This document shows, in pieces, positions 9,018-18,784 of a stretch of 25,781 bases of DNA. Position numbers and translations under genes: made by a program. Source of the DNA: an uncultured bacterium (GTDB taxonomy: Bacteria > Fidelibacterota > Marinisomatia > Marinisomatales > UBA1611); the NCBI GenBank assembly GCA_965660855.1, contig CBFIBM010000016.1, positions 16,206-41,986 of the forward strand, given 5' to 3'. The notes beneath the pieces were generated by a model, which was given only the letters and a program-made list of their open reading frames with translations, was not told the origin of the DNA and ran no database searches. Each line of letters starts with the position of its first letter. Within the stretch, counting starts at the first letter, position 1.

Positions 9018-9326
9018 CTAAATAGGTCTTTTTAAATGCTCTTTGAGGATTTTACCTGGTTTAAATCTAGTTTTTTTATGAGCAGGGACATATATTTCCT
9101 CATTAGTGCGTGGATTTCTTGCTCTTGGTTTAGCTTTTGTTGGTTTTGATTCAAAAACACCAAAATTTCGAATTTCAATTCTAACATATGGAGAATCCTC
9201 AATGAGAATATCCCTAATTATTTTAAACACTTCATCTACATTCTCTTTTGATTCTTTTAAACTGAGACCTTTTTTCTTCGATAGTAAAGCTGATAAATCT
9301 TTTTTAGTATATGTTTTTATTTTCAT
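9018..9326 (-). CDS. HU/IHF-family nucleoid-associated DNA-binding protein
   Basis: 'TKKDL', 'IEIRNFGVF', 'ARNPRTNEEIYVPA', 'FKPGKILKE'. HU versus IHF subunit not resolved. Confidence 0.93.
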   Translation of the reverse strand: MKIKTYTKKDLSALLSKKKGLSLKESKENVDEVFKIIRDILIEDSPYVRIEIRNFGVFESKPTKAKPRARNPRTNEEIYVPAHKKTRFKPGKILKEHLKRPI

Positions 9327-11518
9327 TAGCGGCTAGTCCTTTCAACATGATCTATGTTTTTTATTTTAATCATTTTTCTAATTAATCGATTTAACTGTCT
9401 ATTATTATTTACTTGTACTATAAAATGTGCTTCCACAAAAGAATCTTTAGTTTTTGTATCTACGCTAGCTATATTGACATTTTGCTTTGATATACATTCA
9501 GAAATATCTTTGAGCCATCCTTTTGAATCTTTTCCTGTAATTTTCAACCTAACATTGAAATTTTTAGCAGATTTCACATCCCAATCTACTTGGACTAATC
9601 TATCTGATTCATTATTCAACAAAGGTAAACTTTTACAACTACTCTGATGAACTGTCACACCTCTACCCCGTGTAACAAAACCAATAACTTCGTCTCCAGG
9701 TATTGGATTACAACATTTTCCAAAATGTATCAAGATATTATCAATACCATCAAGAATAATTCCTTTGCTTTGAATTCTATTAAAATTAAAAATCTTTTTG
9801 TTTTTAATATTAACAATTTCTTTTTCTTCAAGTTTTTGCTTAGAGTTAATTTTTTCAAAAATTTCCCTAACAGTTAAAATACCCGACCCCAAAGATTTTA
9901 ATAATAAATTAACGTTCGCATATCCAAATTTGGAGAAGCTATTTTTAAATTGATCTATTTCATTTGATAGCTTCATGCGCCTCAATGTTTTTGTAAGAAT
10001 TTCTTCTCCAAGCTTTATACTTTCTTCATCTTGCACCTGTTTGAGAAAGCGATTTATTTGATTTCGAGCCTTTGAGGTGACAACAAATTTTTGCCAACCA
10101 TAATTTGGCATCTTGGACTTACTAGTTATGATCTCTACCATATCTCCATTTTTCAATTTAGTATTCAAAGGAACTGGAAAATGATTTACTTTCGCACCCA
10201 TGCAATGCATTCCAATTTGAGTATGAACCTGGAAACCAAAGTCAACCGGGGTCGAGCCAACTGGTAATTGAAATAAATCACCCTCTGGTGTGAAAACAAA
10301 TATTTCTTCATTATATAGATCAATTTTTAATAGATTCATAAATTCACTTGGATCTGTAGATTCATTTTGGAGTATTTCTAAAAGCTCTCTAAGCCATTTT
10401 ATATTCTTGTCTATTTTTGATGAAGTATCATTTTTATAAAGCCAATGGGCTGCTACACCAATTTCTGCAGTTTCCTCCATTTTACTTGTTCTTATCTGAA
10501 TTTCTAATTTTTGTCCATTTTTTCCAACTACAGTCGTATGTATAGATTGGTATCCATTCGATTTAGGAGTGGCAATAAAGTCTTTAAACCTGTCTTGGAT
10601 TGGGGTATAAATACTATGAACTATACCCAAAGATAAATAACATTGTTCAATTTTCTCAACAACAATTCGAATTGCATATAAGTCATAGATCTCCTTAAAA
10701 CTTTTATCACGTTTCAACATTTTACCAAAAATTGAGGAATAAGACTTTGCTCTCCCGTAAACCCTTGGATCAATATTATATTTAATTAATTCTTCTTCTA
10801 CAGGCTTAGTAATCATTTTTATAAACTTAATTCTTTGCTTTTGTGTGGAGGTTACCTGTTCTTTTATTTCTTTATACCCTGAGGGATTAAGCACACTAAA
10901 AACTAAGTCTTCTAGCTGTGACTTAACTGCAGACATACCTAATCTATTAGCTAATGGTACATAAACATCTCTTGTCTCTATAGCAATTCTATGTCTTTTT
11001 AATTGAGGCATAGATCTTATAGTTTCCATATTATGTAATCTATCTGCAAATTTTATAATGATAACTCTCAAATCTTGGGCAACAGAAAGTAACATTTTCA
11101 TAAAGTTACCAGCTTGCTTTTCTTTTCTTGAGGAATAAGTAATACCTGCAATTTTTGTAAGGCCGTCAACTAAATTAGATAAATCAGTTCCAAAATTTTC
11201 TTTAAGTTGATTAAGTGTAACATCTGTATCTTCAACAGTATCATGTAATAATCCAGCAATAATTGTAGTTTTATCCATTTTCCATGAGGCTAATGTTTTA
11301 GCAACCTCTACACAATGTATAAAATAAGGCTCTCCAGATTTTCTTTTTTGCCCCTCATGATACCTTTTACCAAATTCGTATGCTAACCATATCTGAGACT
11401 TTACCTCATCCGAATTTTGGTTGGGCAATAGTTGAACAAGTTTTATTAATTCAATAAAATCTTTTGGATACTCTCCAAAAAGATGTGGCGCTAGTTTAGA
11501 TAATGGATTTGATATCAA
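9326..11518 (-). CDS. rel: Bifunctional (p)ppGpp synthetase/hydrolase, long RelA/SpoT homologue (Rel)
   Basis: Intact HD domain ('HEGQKRKSGEPY..H', 'LHDTVED', 'ADRLHNM'), synthetase ('GRAK', 'RFKD', 'NGYQSIHT', 'EIQIRT'), TGS ('VFTPEG', 'VHTQIG'), 'CCNPIPGD..H...C', C-terminal ACT. TTG start overlaps the dnaB TGA. Confidence 0.96.
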   Translation of the reverse strand: MISNPLSKLAPHLFGEYPKDFIELIKLVQLLPNQNSDEVKSQIWLAYEFGKRYHEGQKRKSGEPYFIHCVEVAKTLASWKMDKTTIIAGLLHDTVEDTDVTLNQLKENFGTDLSNLVDGLTKIAGITYSSRKEKQAGNFMKMLLSVAQDLRVIIIKFADRLHNMETIRSMPQLKRHRIAIETRDVYVPLANRLGMSAVKSQLEDLVFSVLNPSGYKEIKEQVTSTQKQRIKFIKMITKPVEEELIKYNIDPRVYGRAKSYSSIFGKMLKRDKSFKEIYDLYAIRIVVEKIEQCYLSLGIVHSIYTPIQDRFKDFIATPKSNGYQSIHTTVVGKNGQKLEIQIRTSKMEETAEIGVAAHWLYKNDTSSKIDKNIKWLRELLEILQNESTDPSEFMNLLKIDLYNEEIFVFTPEGDLFQLPVGSTPVDFGFQVHTQIGMHCMGAKVNHFPVPLNTKLKNGDMVEIITSKSKMPNYGWQKFVVTSKARNQINRFLKQVQDEESIKLGEEILTKTLRRMKLSNEIDQFKNSFSKFGYANVNLLLKSLGSGILTVREIFEKINSKQKLEEKEIVNIKNKKIFNFNRIQSKGIILDGIDNILIHFGKCCNPIPGDEVIGFVTRGRGVTVHQSSCKSLPLLNNESDRLVQVDWDVKSAKNFNVRLKITGKDSKGWLKDISECISKQNVNIASVDTKTKDSFVEAHFIVQVNNNRQLNRLIRKMIKIKNIDHVERTSR

Positions 11519-12861
11519 AAGGGAGTTTCTGATTCTGAAAAATTTTCAAATCGCGCATATTTGCTAATAAAAGAAGCCTGAATAGTCCCAGTAGGTCCAT
11601 TCCTTTGTTTAGCAATAATAACTTCTGCCTTACCCTCATCTTCATCTTCCTGAGAATATATCCATGGACGGTAAAGGAAAATAACAACATCAGCATCCTG
11701 TTCTATGGCACCACTTTCTCTTAAATCCGATAATTGAGGTTTCCTGTCTGCTCTCTGCTCAACAGCCCTAGAAAGTTGAGATAATGCTATTACCGGGATA
11801 TTTAATTCTTTTGCCAGTGCTTTTAAGGATCTTGAGATTACTGAAATTTCTTGCTGTCTACTCTCAACTCCCTTGGGGCCTTGCATCAACTGAAGGTAAT
11901 CAACAACTATCATGTTTATGTTATGTTCAGCTTTTAACCTTCTAGCTTTTGCCCTTAATTCTAGCACTGATAAAGCTGGGGTATCGTCTAAATAAATAGG
12001 AGCATCTTCTAAACTCCCAGCTGAGACGCTTAAATTTCTCCATAATTTTGATGGTAACTTACCAGTTCTAACGTAATGACTATCTACCCTTGCTTCAGCA
12101 CATAACAACCTCATAGCTAGTTGATGATTTGCCATTTCAAGACTGAACATCCCAACTCCAACTTTTGCATCTAATGATGCATTTCTTATCATTGAAAGTG
12201 CAAGTGCTGTTTTACCCATGCCAGGTCTCCCAGCAATGATAACTAAATCACCATCTTGAAAGCCTGATGTCATTTCATCTAAATCAACTAAGCCAGAGGG
12301 TACTCCAATGACGGAACCGCCGGAGGCTCTAATTATTTCAAGTTTCTCTAATGCATCAACAACAACATTATTAATTTGAGTAAATCCTTTTTGCATTCGA
12401 TTATTTGTTATTGCAAAAATAGATTGTTCCACTGTATCAAGAATTTCAGAAATATCCTGAGAATCATCATAAGCTTCTTTAGCAATATCATGAGATAAGG
12501 TAATTAAGTTTCTAAGAAGTGCTTTTTCTGTGACTATTTTGGAATATCTATCTATATGAGCCGCGGTTGGGACAGATTCAACAAGGCCTGTAATAAAATA
12601 AGTCCCACCAACTTTTTCAAGGTCTTTGTTTTTTTTTAGTAGATCTATAACCGAAACTGTATCAATTGATATACCTTTATCGAAAAGATGAACCATTACT
12701 GAAAAGATTGTGCTATGGGCATTTTTATAGAAATAATTTTCTTTCAGATGCTGAATTGCTTTACTTACAGCTTCTTTAGATGATAGCATCGATCCTAATA
12801 CGGCAAGTTCAGCCTCTTCAGAATGGGGCGGAACATTTAAACTTTGTTTTTTATTATTCAT
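11515..12861 (-). CDS. dnaB: Replicative DNA helicase
   Basis: 'PPHSEEAELAVLG', Walker A 'GRPGMGKT', 'FSLEM', 'VDYLQL', 'ALSQLSR', 'DLRESGAIEQDAD', 'KQRNGPTG'. ATG at 12861; an in-frame TTG is at 12864. No intein at this length. Confidence 0.98.
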   Translation of the reverse strand: MNNKKQSLNVPPHSEEAELAVLGSMLSSKEAVSKAIQHLKENYFYKNAHSTIFSVMVHLFDKGISIDTVSVIDLLKKNKDLEKVGGTYFITGLVESVPTAAHIDRYSKIVTEKALLRNLITLSHDIAKEAYDDSQDISEILDTVEQSIFAITNNRMQKGFTQINNVVVDALEKLEIIRASGGSVIGVPSGLVDLDEMTSGFQDGDLVIIAGRPGMGKTALALSMIRNASLDAKVGVGMFSLEMANHQLAMRLLCAEARVDSHYVRTGKLPSKLWRNLSVSAGSLEDAPIYLDDTPALSVLELRAKARRLKAEHNINMIVVDYLQLMQGPKGVESRQQEISVISRSLKALAKELNIPVIALSQLSRAVEQRADRKPQLSDLRESGAIEQDADVVIFLYRPWIYSQEDEDEGKAEVIIAKQRNGPTGTIQASFISKYARFENFSESETPF

Positions 12862-13411
12862 CAATATTTTTTGAACTTAAATAATCTCTAATTAACTTTA
12901 AATCAATCCATAATGGTCTTTTATAATCCGAATTATTTAAAATACTAAATGGGTCATATGTAATTTTTATAGGTATTTCTTCAAATTGATAATTTGTATA
13001 CCTCATCTCTTCAAATGGAACAGATTCCCCAATCAAAGATTTCCCAACAGTTTTACCAAAACCTATAATCATTTTAGGTCTATTTAATCTAATACATAAC
13101 TTTAGTTTAGTTTTAAATTCCTCAACTTCTTTTTCTAAGGGTGATCTAGAAAATTCAGGGGTATGCTCTAGAATGGGAAAAATTAAAGTATCATGATTAA
13201 TCTGCATACCAATAGATTTAATAATTTTTTTTAATAATTTTTCATATTTTAAACTATAAACTTTATTAGTTAGATGATTATAATTAGGATATTCTGTTAC
13301 TACGATTAAATCAATATTTCTAATCCTATTTTTATGTTTTAAATATAATTCCTCTCCAAAAAGTATCTTGGTTTGTTTTAAATATGATTCTAGTTTTTTA
13401 TGTATAATCAT
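12854..13411 (-). CDS. Uracil-DNA glycosylase family-4-like protein with degenerate catalytic and Fe-S motifs
   Basis: Scaffold matches family-4 UDG ('LLKKIIKSIG', 'RSPLEKE', 'RPKMIIGFG', 'ITYDPFSIL', 'KRPLWIDL') but key residues are replaced. Start placed at ATG 13411 (ATGA overlap with the rpoZ stop) rather than the TTG at 13432. Confidence 0.7.
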   Translation of the reverse strand: MIIHKKLESYLKQTKILFGEELYLKHKNRIRNIDLIVVTEYPNYNHLTNKVYSLKYEKLLKKIIKSIGMQINHDTLIFPILEHTPEFSRSPLEKEVEEFKTKLKLCIRLNRPKMIIGFGKTVGKSLIGESVPFEEMRYTNYQFEEIPIKITYDPFSILNNSDYKRPLWIDLKLIRDYLSSKNIDE

Positions 13412-13683
13412 TCCAATTTTACTTTTTTCCAATTAACATTCCCTTCAAGAAATTTATTGACAGCTAAAGTAGTCACCTTTTCTAATTCTTGATAATCCTC
13501 AGGCTTCTTTTCTTCATAATCATCATAAACATCTATTTGTTCCTCCTGATGCTCGGAGATAACTCTATTTACAATTCTTTCTTGAAGCTCTACCCTTGCT
13601 TGTCCAGACATTGCGGCCACAGCCTCATACATATTTTCAGATTGATTTTCAATTTCACGAAATGGTATTGTTTTTAATCCCAC
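13408..13683 (-). CDS. rpoZ: RNA polymerase omega subunit (FCB-type, divergent)
   Basis: 'NMYEAVAAMS..AR' and 'KVTTLAVNKFLEGNV' resemble omega conserved blocks; directly downstream of gmk; GTG start with AAGGAG Shine-Dalgarno. Confidence 0.72.
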   Translation of the reverse strand: MGLKTIPFREIENQSENMYEAVAAMSGQARVELQERIVNRVISEHQEEQIDVYDDYEEKKPEDYQELEKVTTLAVNKFLEGNVNWKKVKLE

Positions 13684-13684
13684 T

Positions 13685-14251
13685 TTATACTCCTTCTTTT
13701 ATTTTTTTTATAATATTTATAAGCTGTAATTTAGCACTTTCTAAATCTTCATTAATCATTATTTCATCAAAATAATCTTTCGAATTCATTTCTTGTTCAA
13801 ATCTTTGTAGCCTGATTTCTATATTTTTTATTGAATCTGTTCCTCTTTTTTTTAAGCGTTCCCTTAGGTGATTTAGACTCGGTGGTATGATGAATATCGT
13901 GAAAGAGTTTTCAGGGTAAAGCTTTTTTAAACACATTGCACCTTTTACATCCAGCTCTAATAAAAGGGTCTTTTGTTGTTGAATTGCATTTTCTAATGAT
14001 TCAATAAGTGTCCCATAATAATATCCATGTACTTTTTCCCACTCAGCAAATTTTTTATTTTTTAATAGATCAATAAAAGCCTCTTTTGTTACAAAGTTAT
14101 AATCGACACCATTTACTTCATTTTTTCTTTTTTTTCTAGTAGTTACAGACACAGACCATTTTATATCTTTTAATTTTTCTTGTACAGCTTTGCACAAAGT
14201 AGTTTTTCCCGTACCTGAAGGAGCAGAAATAGTAATAATATTTTTCATCAT
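13685..14251 (-). CDS. gmk: Guanylate kinase
   Basis: P-loop 'SAPSGTGKTT', 'SVSVTTR..R.NEVNGVDYNF', 'YYGT', 'ELDVKGA', 'FIIPPS', 'RLKKRGTD'. Confidence 0.97.
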   Translation of the reverse strand: MMKNIITISAPSGTGKTTLCKAVQEKLKDIKWSVSVTTRKKRKNEVNGVDYNFVTKEAFIDLLKNKKFAEWEKVHGYYYGTLIESLENAIQQQKTLLLELDVKGAMCLKKLYPENSFTIFIIPPSLNHLRERLKKRGTDSIKNIEIRLQRFEQEMNSKDYFDEIMINEDLESAKLQLINIIKKIKEGV

Positions 14252-15108
14252 AATATATTAGATATCTGCTCTCTTATTTTTTCAAGCTCTGCTTTAATCT
14301 CAACCACATTATTTGTAACATTAGTTTGGGGACTTTTAGAACCTATTGTATTTATTTCTCGATTAATTTCTTGAATCAAAAATCCTATTCTTTTACCTAC
14401 AGGTTCATTTTTATTTAAATAAAAATCTAACTGATCAAAATGGCTTTTACATCTTACTATTTCCTCTGTAATGTCTGACCTTTCTGAAATATAAGCGACT
14501 TCTTGAATAAGTCTGGATTCATCAATTTTATCCTTGCTTAATAAATCGATAATTTTTTTTCTAAGTTCTCTCTCTTTAACAACTGAGAATGTTTCCGATA
14601 TTTTTTCTATTTTACTGAGTGCTAATTTTATTATTTTAATTCTTTCTATAAGATCATTAAATATGCTTTCACCTTCCTTAGTTCTCATTTCTTCAAGTTG
14701 ATCAAGAGCCTTGAGGACTGTCATAAAAATAATATTAAAATTGATTTCAGTAGAATTATCAGGTTTCATAAGATCTTGAAGAGAAACTATCTCGCTTAAA
14801 TTTATTTTTTGACCATATGAAACATGTATTTCATCCAAGATATTTTGTATCATTTCGAATTTTTCTTTATCAAAAGATTCTTTTTTTATTTTTGACAAAG
14901 ATTCAACATTTATCCTTAAAGTAATATTACCTCGAATTAATTTTTCTTCAAGTTTGTGTCTAATATTATTCTCAGTTTCCATATTTACAGAGAATCCACG
15001 GATTTTCAAATCAAAAAATCGTGAATTAACTGAACGCATCTCAATAGTAACATTATAATTATTATCGAGGTATTCACTACGGCCAAATCCTGTCATACTT
15101 TTAATCAT
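14248..15108 (-). CDS. yicC: YicC/YloC family endoribonuclease
   Basis: 'SMTGFGR', 'SVNSRFFD', 'DITEEIVR..SH', 'GKRIGFLIQEINREINTIGSK', 'ELEKIREQ'. Confidence 0.95.
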   Translation of the reverse strand: MIKSMTGFGRSEYLDNNYNVTIEMRSVNSRFFDLKIRGFSVNMETENNIRHKLEEKLIRGNITLRINVESLSKIKKESFDKEKFEMIQNILDEIHVSYGQKINLSEIVSLQDLMKPDNSTEINFNIIFMTVLKALDQLEEMRTKEGESIFNDLIERIKIIKLALSKIEKISETFSVVKERELRKKIIDLLSKDKIDESRLIQEVAYISERSDITEEIVRCKSHFDQLDFYLNKNEPVGKRIGFLIQEINREINTIGSKSPQTNVTNNVVEIKAELEKIREQISNIL

Positions 15109-15130
15109 AATACCTTTAACATAAACTAAT

Positions 15131-15159
15131 AAATTAATCGTTTAAATTCTTAATCTCAA
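15131..15159 (-). promoter_or_regulatory. Candidate sigma70-type promoter for the yicC-gmk-rpoZ run
   Basis: Minus strand TTGAGA-N17-TAATTT in the 66-bp gap, with the -10 box ending 22 nt before the yicC ATG. Chance matches are common at this AT content. Confidence 0.35.
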
Positions 15160-15174
15160 TCATATAAAAACAAA

Positions 15175-16212
15175 TTATAAATTTTTAATCTTCTTTTTAA
15201 TCCACTTATTTGATAAATGAAATGAAAATATATGGTGACTACCAAGGTTATAGTTGGTTGTAGAATTCAAAAATGCATAATCAATTTTGAAATCACGAAA
15301 TAAAAAGCCGATTCCGCCAGTTAAATTATTAATATGATTACGACCAAACCTAAGAAAAAGCTTATCTTTAAAAGATATTTGCAAACCAAATAAAAAATCA
15401 ACAGATAAATTATCAATTCTAATTTGAGAATTTATATGTCTCTCTGAAAAACTAATTTTATTAGCAATAAGTAAATTATATTTTATTTTTTTCAAACTAA
15501 AACATTTGTTTAAACCTATTTTTAAGGAAGGAGAAGTTTTTTCAATTTCTCCATCATTCCATAAAATACCTGAACTTGGAAAATTTTCTAAAATTATAGC
15601 ATAATCTATATTTCTAAATTTTCTGATAATCCCAATATCAAACCCAATACCAAAAGATATTTTTTGTTCGATTTTTGTTGAAATTATTTTTAAACCAACG
15701 CCTAATGGATAATTAATAAAAAAACCAGAATATCCTCCATAAAAACCTAATCTTCTCTGATTAAAAAAACTGATTCTATCAGCATCTAGCCTTTCTCCCG
15801 GGTCAAGGATTCCATTGCCTTCACCAGCATCATTCGTACCAAACTGTCCATCATTCCCCCAATCGAGCAAAGTATTTTCTGTATTGGGAATCAAACCAAT
15901 ATTTTCATAAATAAAATTAATATTTATATTTTTTTTATTATTATCAATATCAAATGAAATAAAATCATTAACCAACATTCCTGAATATCGATTTTGGTGA
16001 GTTATTGAAAAATTATTTTTTCTTAATTTAGAAAAATTAGGGTTATTTATAGATGTTGAGGATTCACTATTAAACGCATAAACTGCACCTCCAAGTGCAG
16101 AGTTCTCTGCTGATTGCGTATATTCAAATAATTCCCAGGCATAATTGACATAAAGATTTTTTGAAAATAAAAATCCCAAAAAAATAATTACAAACCTAAC
16201 TATCAATTTCAT
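15175..16212 (-). CDS. PorV/UPF0164-like outer-membrane beta-barrel protein
   Basis: Signal-like N-terminus, 'SAENSALGGAVYA...NNP' resembling the PorV/FadL-like N-terminal motif, alternating beta-strands ('FGIGFDIG', 'LFLRFG', 'GGIGF...IDYAF', 'HIFSF'). Confidence 0.6.
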   Translation of the reverse strand: MKLIVRFVIIFLGFLFSKNLYVNYAWELFEYTQSAENSALGGAVYAFNSESSTSINNPNFSKLRKNNFSITHQNRYSGMLVNDFISFDIDNNKKNININFIYENIGLIPNTENTLLDWGNDGQFGTNDAGEGNGILDPGERLDADRISFFNQRRLGFYGGYSGFFINYPLGVGLKIISTKIEQKISFGIGFDIGIIRKFRNIDYAIILENFPSSGILWNDGEIEKTSPSLKIGLNKCFSLKKIKYNLLIANKISFSERHINSQIRIDNLSVDFLFGLQISFKDKLFLRFGRNHINNLTGGIGFLFRDFKIDYAFLNSTTNYNLGSHHIFSFHLSNKWIKKKIKNL

Positions 16213-18784
16213 TTTTTAGATCTTTCAAAATTAAGAGCGCCTCAATTGGAGTAAGCTTGTCTATGTCTAGTTTTTCAATTTTCTTTTTTATTTCATTTTG
16301 TTCATTAAAAATATTTATCTGATTAATCTTTTTTATTGATTTTACTGACTGTTCTTTATTTTGCAATACACTATAAGACTTTAATATTTGCTTTGCACGG
16401 TGAATAATAGGTTTTGGTACTCCGGCCATTTTAGCAACCTGGATTCCATAACTCTTATCTGCTGCACCTTTTACAACAGATCTCATAAAAATAATCTCTT
16501 CCTTAAACTCCTTAACTTCTACATGATAATTTTCTAACCTAGACAAAGTTAATTCTAAATTAGTAAGCTCATGATAGTGTGTAGCAAAAAAGGTGCGAGG
16601 ATTTGAATTCTTTTTGTTATGTAAATATTCAGTTATTGCCCAGGCAATAGACAAACCATCATAGGTGGAGGTTCCTCTACCAATTTCATCAAGTAGAACT
16701 AAACTTTTTTTAGTGGAGTTATTTAAAATATTGGCAGCTTCATTCATTTCAACAAGGAAAGTACTTTCTCCGGAGGCTAAATTATCGCTTGCGCCTACTC
16801 TGGTAAAGAGATGATCAACGATCCCTATTCTTGCACTATCAGCAGGTACATAGCTACCTATATGAGCCATAAGAGCAATGAGACCGATTTGCCTTAAATA
16901 TGTCGATTTCCCAGCCATATTTGGTCCAGTCAATAAATGAATTTGGTTTTTCGAAACATCCATATTTGTATTATTGGGGATAAACTTATCGGTAATTGGG
17001 AGTAATTTTTCAACAACAGGGTGTCTTCCTTTGTTTATTTCAATGATTTGATCTTTTGTTAATATTGGTTTTGAGTAATTGTTCTCAATAGCATTGAGTG
17101 CAAAGCTAGACAATACATCAATTTTGTTTAATATTTGTGCATTTACTTGTATTTCACTTTTTTTTATTAAAACATAATTACATAAATCATTAAAAATTCG
17201 AGATTCTAAATCATATATTTTATATTGAGCATTAAATAATTTTTCTTCATACTCTTTTAGGTCTTCTGTTATATATCTTTCCGAATTAACTAATGTTTGT
17301 TTTCTTGTAAAGCCTTCTGTTATTTTATTTTTATTTACCTTTGATATTTCAATGTAATAACCGAAAACTCTATTTTGACTTATTTTTAACTTTGGTATCT
17401 CTAATTTAGATCTCAGCTTTTCTTGATATTTATTTATCCATTTTTCTCCATGGATTAATATATTACGTAGTTCATCTAACTCATGATTAAAACCAGTAAT
17501 TATGGCGTCACCTTTTAAAATATTTACAGGTGCAGGATCATTAAGTGTCCCTTTTATTTTTACTGAAATAAATTTTGTATCAAGGATTGATTTTCCAAGC
17601 TTTTTTAGGTTTTTATCATTGCTAGAAGAAAGAAGAAACTTAATATTATCAATTTTTTCTAAGGTTATTGAAATTCCAATAATTTCACGCGGAGTGATCT
17701 TTCCATTACTTATTTTTCCTAATGATCTTTGTAAGTCTGAAGAGTTTTTCATTAAAACCCTTACCTTATCAAGAACTTTATTATTAGATACAAAGTCCTC
17801 TGTAACCGATAATCTCAAATTAATTTTTTTTATATCGGTAATAGGGTTTATCAACCAACCTCTAAGCAATCTTCCTCCACCAGATGTCAATGTTGAATCA
17901 ATGCAATCTATTAATGTACCATGTTTTCCTGGAGATGAAAGGGAATTAAAAATCTCTAAGTTTTTTACGGTATAAATATCAAGATTCATTAAGCCTGCAT
18001 TTAAAGTAGGTGTGATTTTAGAAACATGCTCTAGGTTAGAAATAAGATTTGTTTTTAAATGGTTTAATAAAGCACCTGCAGCAGAAATACCTAACTTTAA
18101 ATCCTCGCAACCAAAACCCTTTAGAGATTTTAGATTAAAGTGTTCTAGAAGCTCTCTATAAGCGTTATTATATTCAAACATCCAATTATTTATTTTAGAT
18201 ATAAATGGTTTAAATTCAATATACCATTCAGAATTCGAATAATTAATTTCTTCAGGTATAATCATTTCATTTGGTAAATATTTAAGAGCTACACTCTTAA
18301 ATTCTTTTTTATTACATTCTCCAATAAAAAAATCACCGGTTGATGCATCTAAAAATGAATATCCTACATCATTTTTAAACAGTATATATGCCCCAATAAA
18401 TCGATTTGATTTATTATTTAATGTTCTATCAGTCATTAAGGTGCCTGGTGTGACTACCTCTACTACCTCTCGTTTAACAATACCTTTTACATTTTTTGTG
18501 TCTTCAACTTGCTCGCATATTGCAACGCGATGTCCTGCCTTAACTAGTTTAGGTAAATAATTATCTAATGAATGATAAGGAAATCCAGCTAAATCAACAT
18601 TTGAAGCTTTCCCATTGGATCTTTTTGTAAGCACGATTCCTAAAATTTTAGATGTAACCACAGCATCATCTAAAAATGTTTCATAAAAATCCCCCATTCT
18701 GAATAACAAAATAGAATTTTTATATTTAGTTTTTATATCCAGAAATTGCTTCATTACTGGTGTGTTTGAATTGTTATTAGTCAT
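16196..18784 (-). CDS. mutS: DNA mismatch repair protein MutS (MutS1)
   Basis: 'TPVMKQF', mismatch-binding 'FRMGDFYE', 'VVTPGT', Walker A 'TGPNMAGKST', 'STFLVEM', 'DEIGRGTST', 'ATHYHEL', 'SYGIQVAKMAG'. Confidence 0.98.
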   Translation of the reverse strand: MTNNNSNTPVMKQFLDIKTKYKNSILLFRMGDFYETFLDDAVVTSKILGIVLTKRSNGKASNVDLAGFPYHSLDNYLPKLVKAGHRVAICEQVEDTKNVKGIVKREVVEVVTPGTLMTDRTLNNKSNRFIGAYILFKNDVGYSFLDASTGDFFIGECNKKEFKSVALKYLPNEMIIPEEINYSNSEWYIEFKPFISKINNWMFEYNNAYRELLEHFNLKSLKGFGCEDLKLGISAAGALLNHLKTNLISNLEHVSKITPTLNAGLMNLDIYTVKNLEIFNSLSSPGKHGTLIDCIDSTLTSGGGRLLRGWLINPITDIKKINLRLSVTEDFVSNNKVLDKVRVLMKNSSDLQRSLGKISNGKITPREIIGISITLEKIDNIKFLLSSSNDKNLKKLGKSILDTKFISVKIKGTLNDPAPVNILKGDAIITGFNHELDELRNILIHGEKWINKYQEKLRSKLEIPKLKISQNRVFGYYIEISKVNKNKITEGFTRKQTLVNSERYITEDLKEYEEKLFNAQYKIYDLESRIFNDLCNYVLIKKSEIQVNAQILNKIDVLSSFALNAIENNYSKPILTKDQIIEINKGRHPVVEKLLPITDKFIPNNTNMDVSKNQIHLLTGPNMAGKSTYLRQIGLIALMAHIGSYVPADSARIGIVDHLFTRVGASDNLASGESTFLVEMNEAANILNNSTKKSLVLLDEIGRGTSTYDGLSIAWAITEYLHNKKNSNPRTFFATHYHELTNLELTLSRLENYHVEVKEFKEEIIFMRSVVKGAADKSYGIQVAKMAGVPKPIIHRAKQILKSYSVLQNKEQSVKSIKKINQINIFNEQNEIKKKIEKLDIDKLTPIEALLILKDLKNEIDS

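Noticed and set aside
1697..9877. Short plus-strand ORFs (1697, 1994, 2177, 2974, 3690, 4034, 6169, 8810, 9106, 9354, 9647)
   Set aside because: All are antisense shadows of well-supported genes, with Ile/Phe/Ser-rich composition and no recognisable motifs.
11496..11696. 66-aa minus-strand ORF overlapping the dnaB end
   Set aside because: Alternative frame inside conserved dnaB sequence; no motif or independent initiation signal.
17502..17975. 157-aa plus-strand ORF within mutS (also the ORFs at 13489 and 19357)
   Set aside because: Antisense to conserved genes; no recognisable domain.
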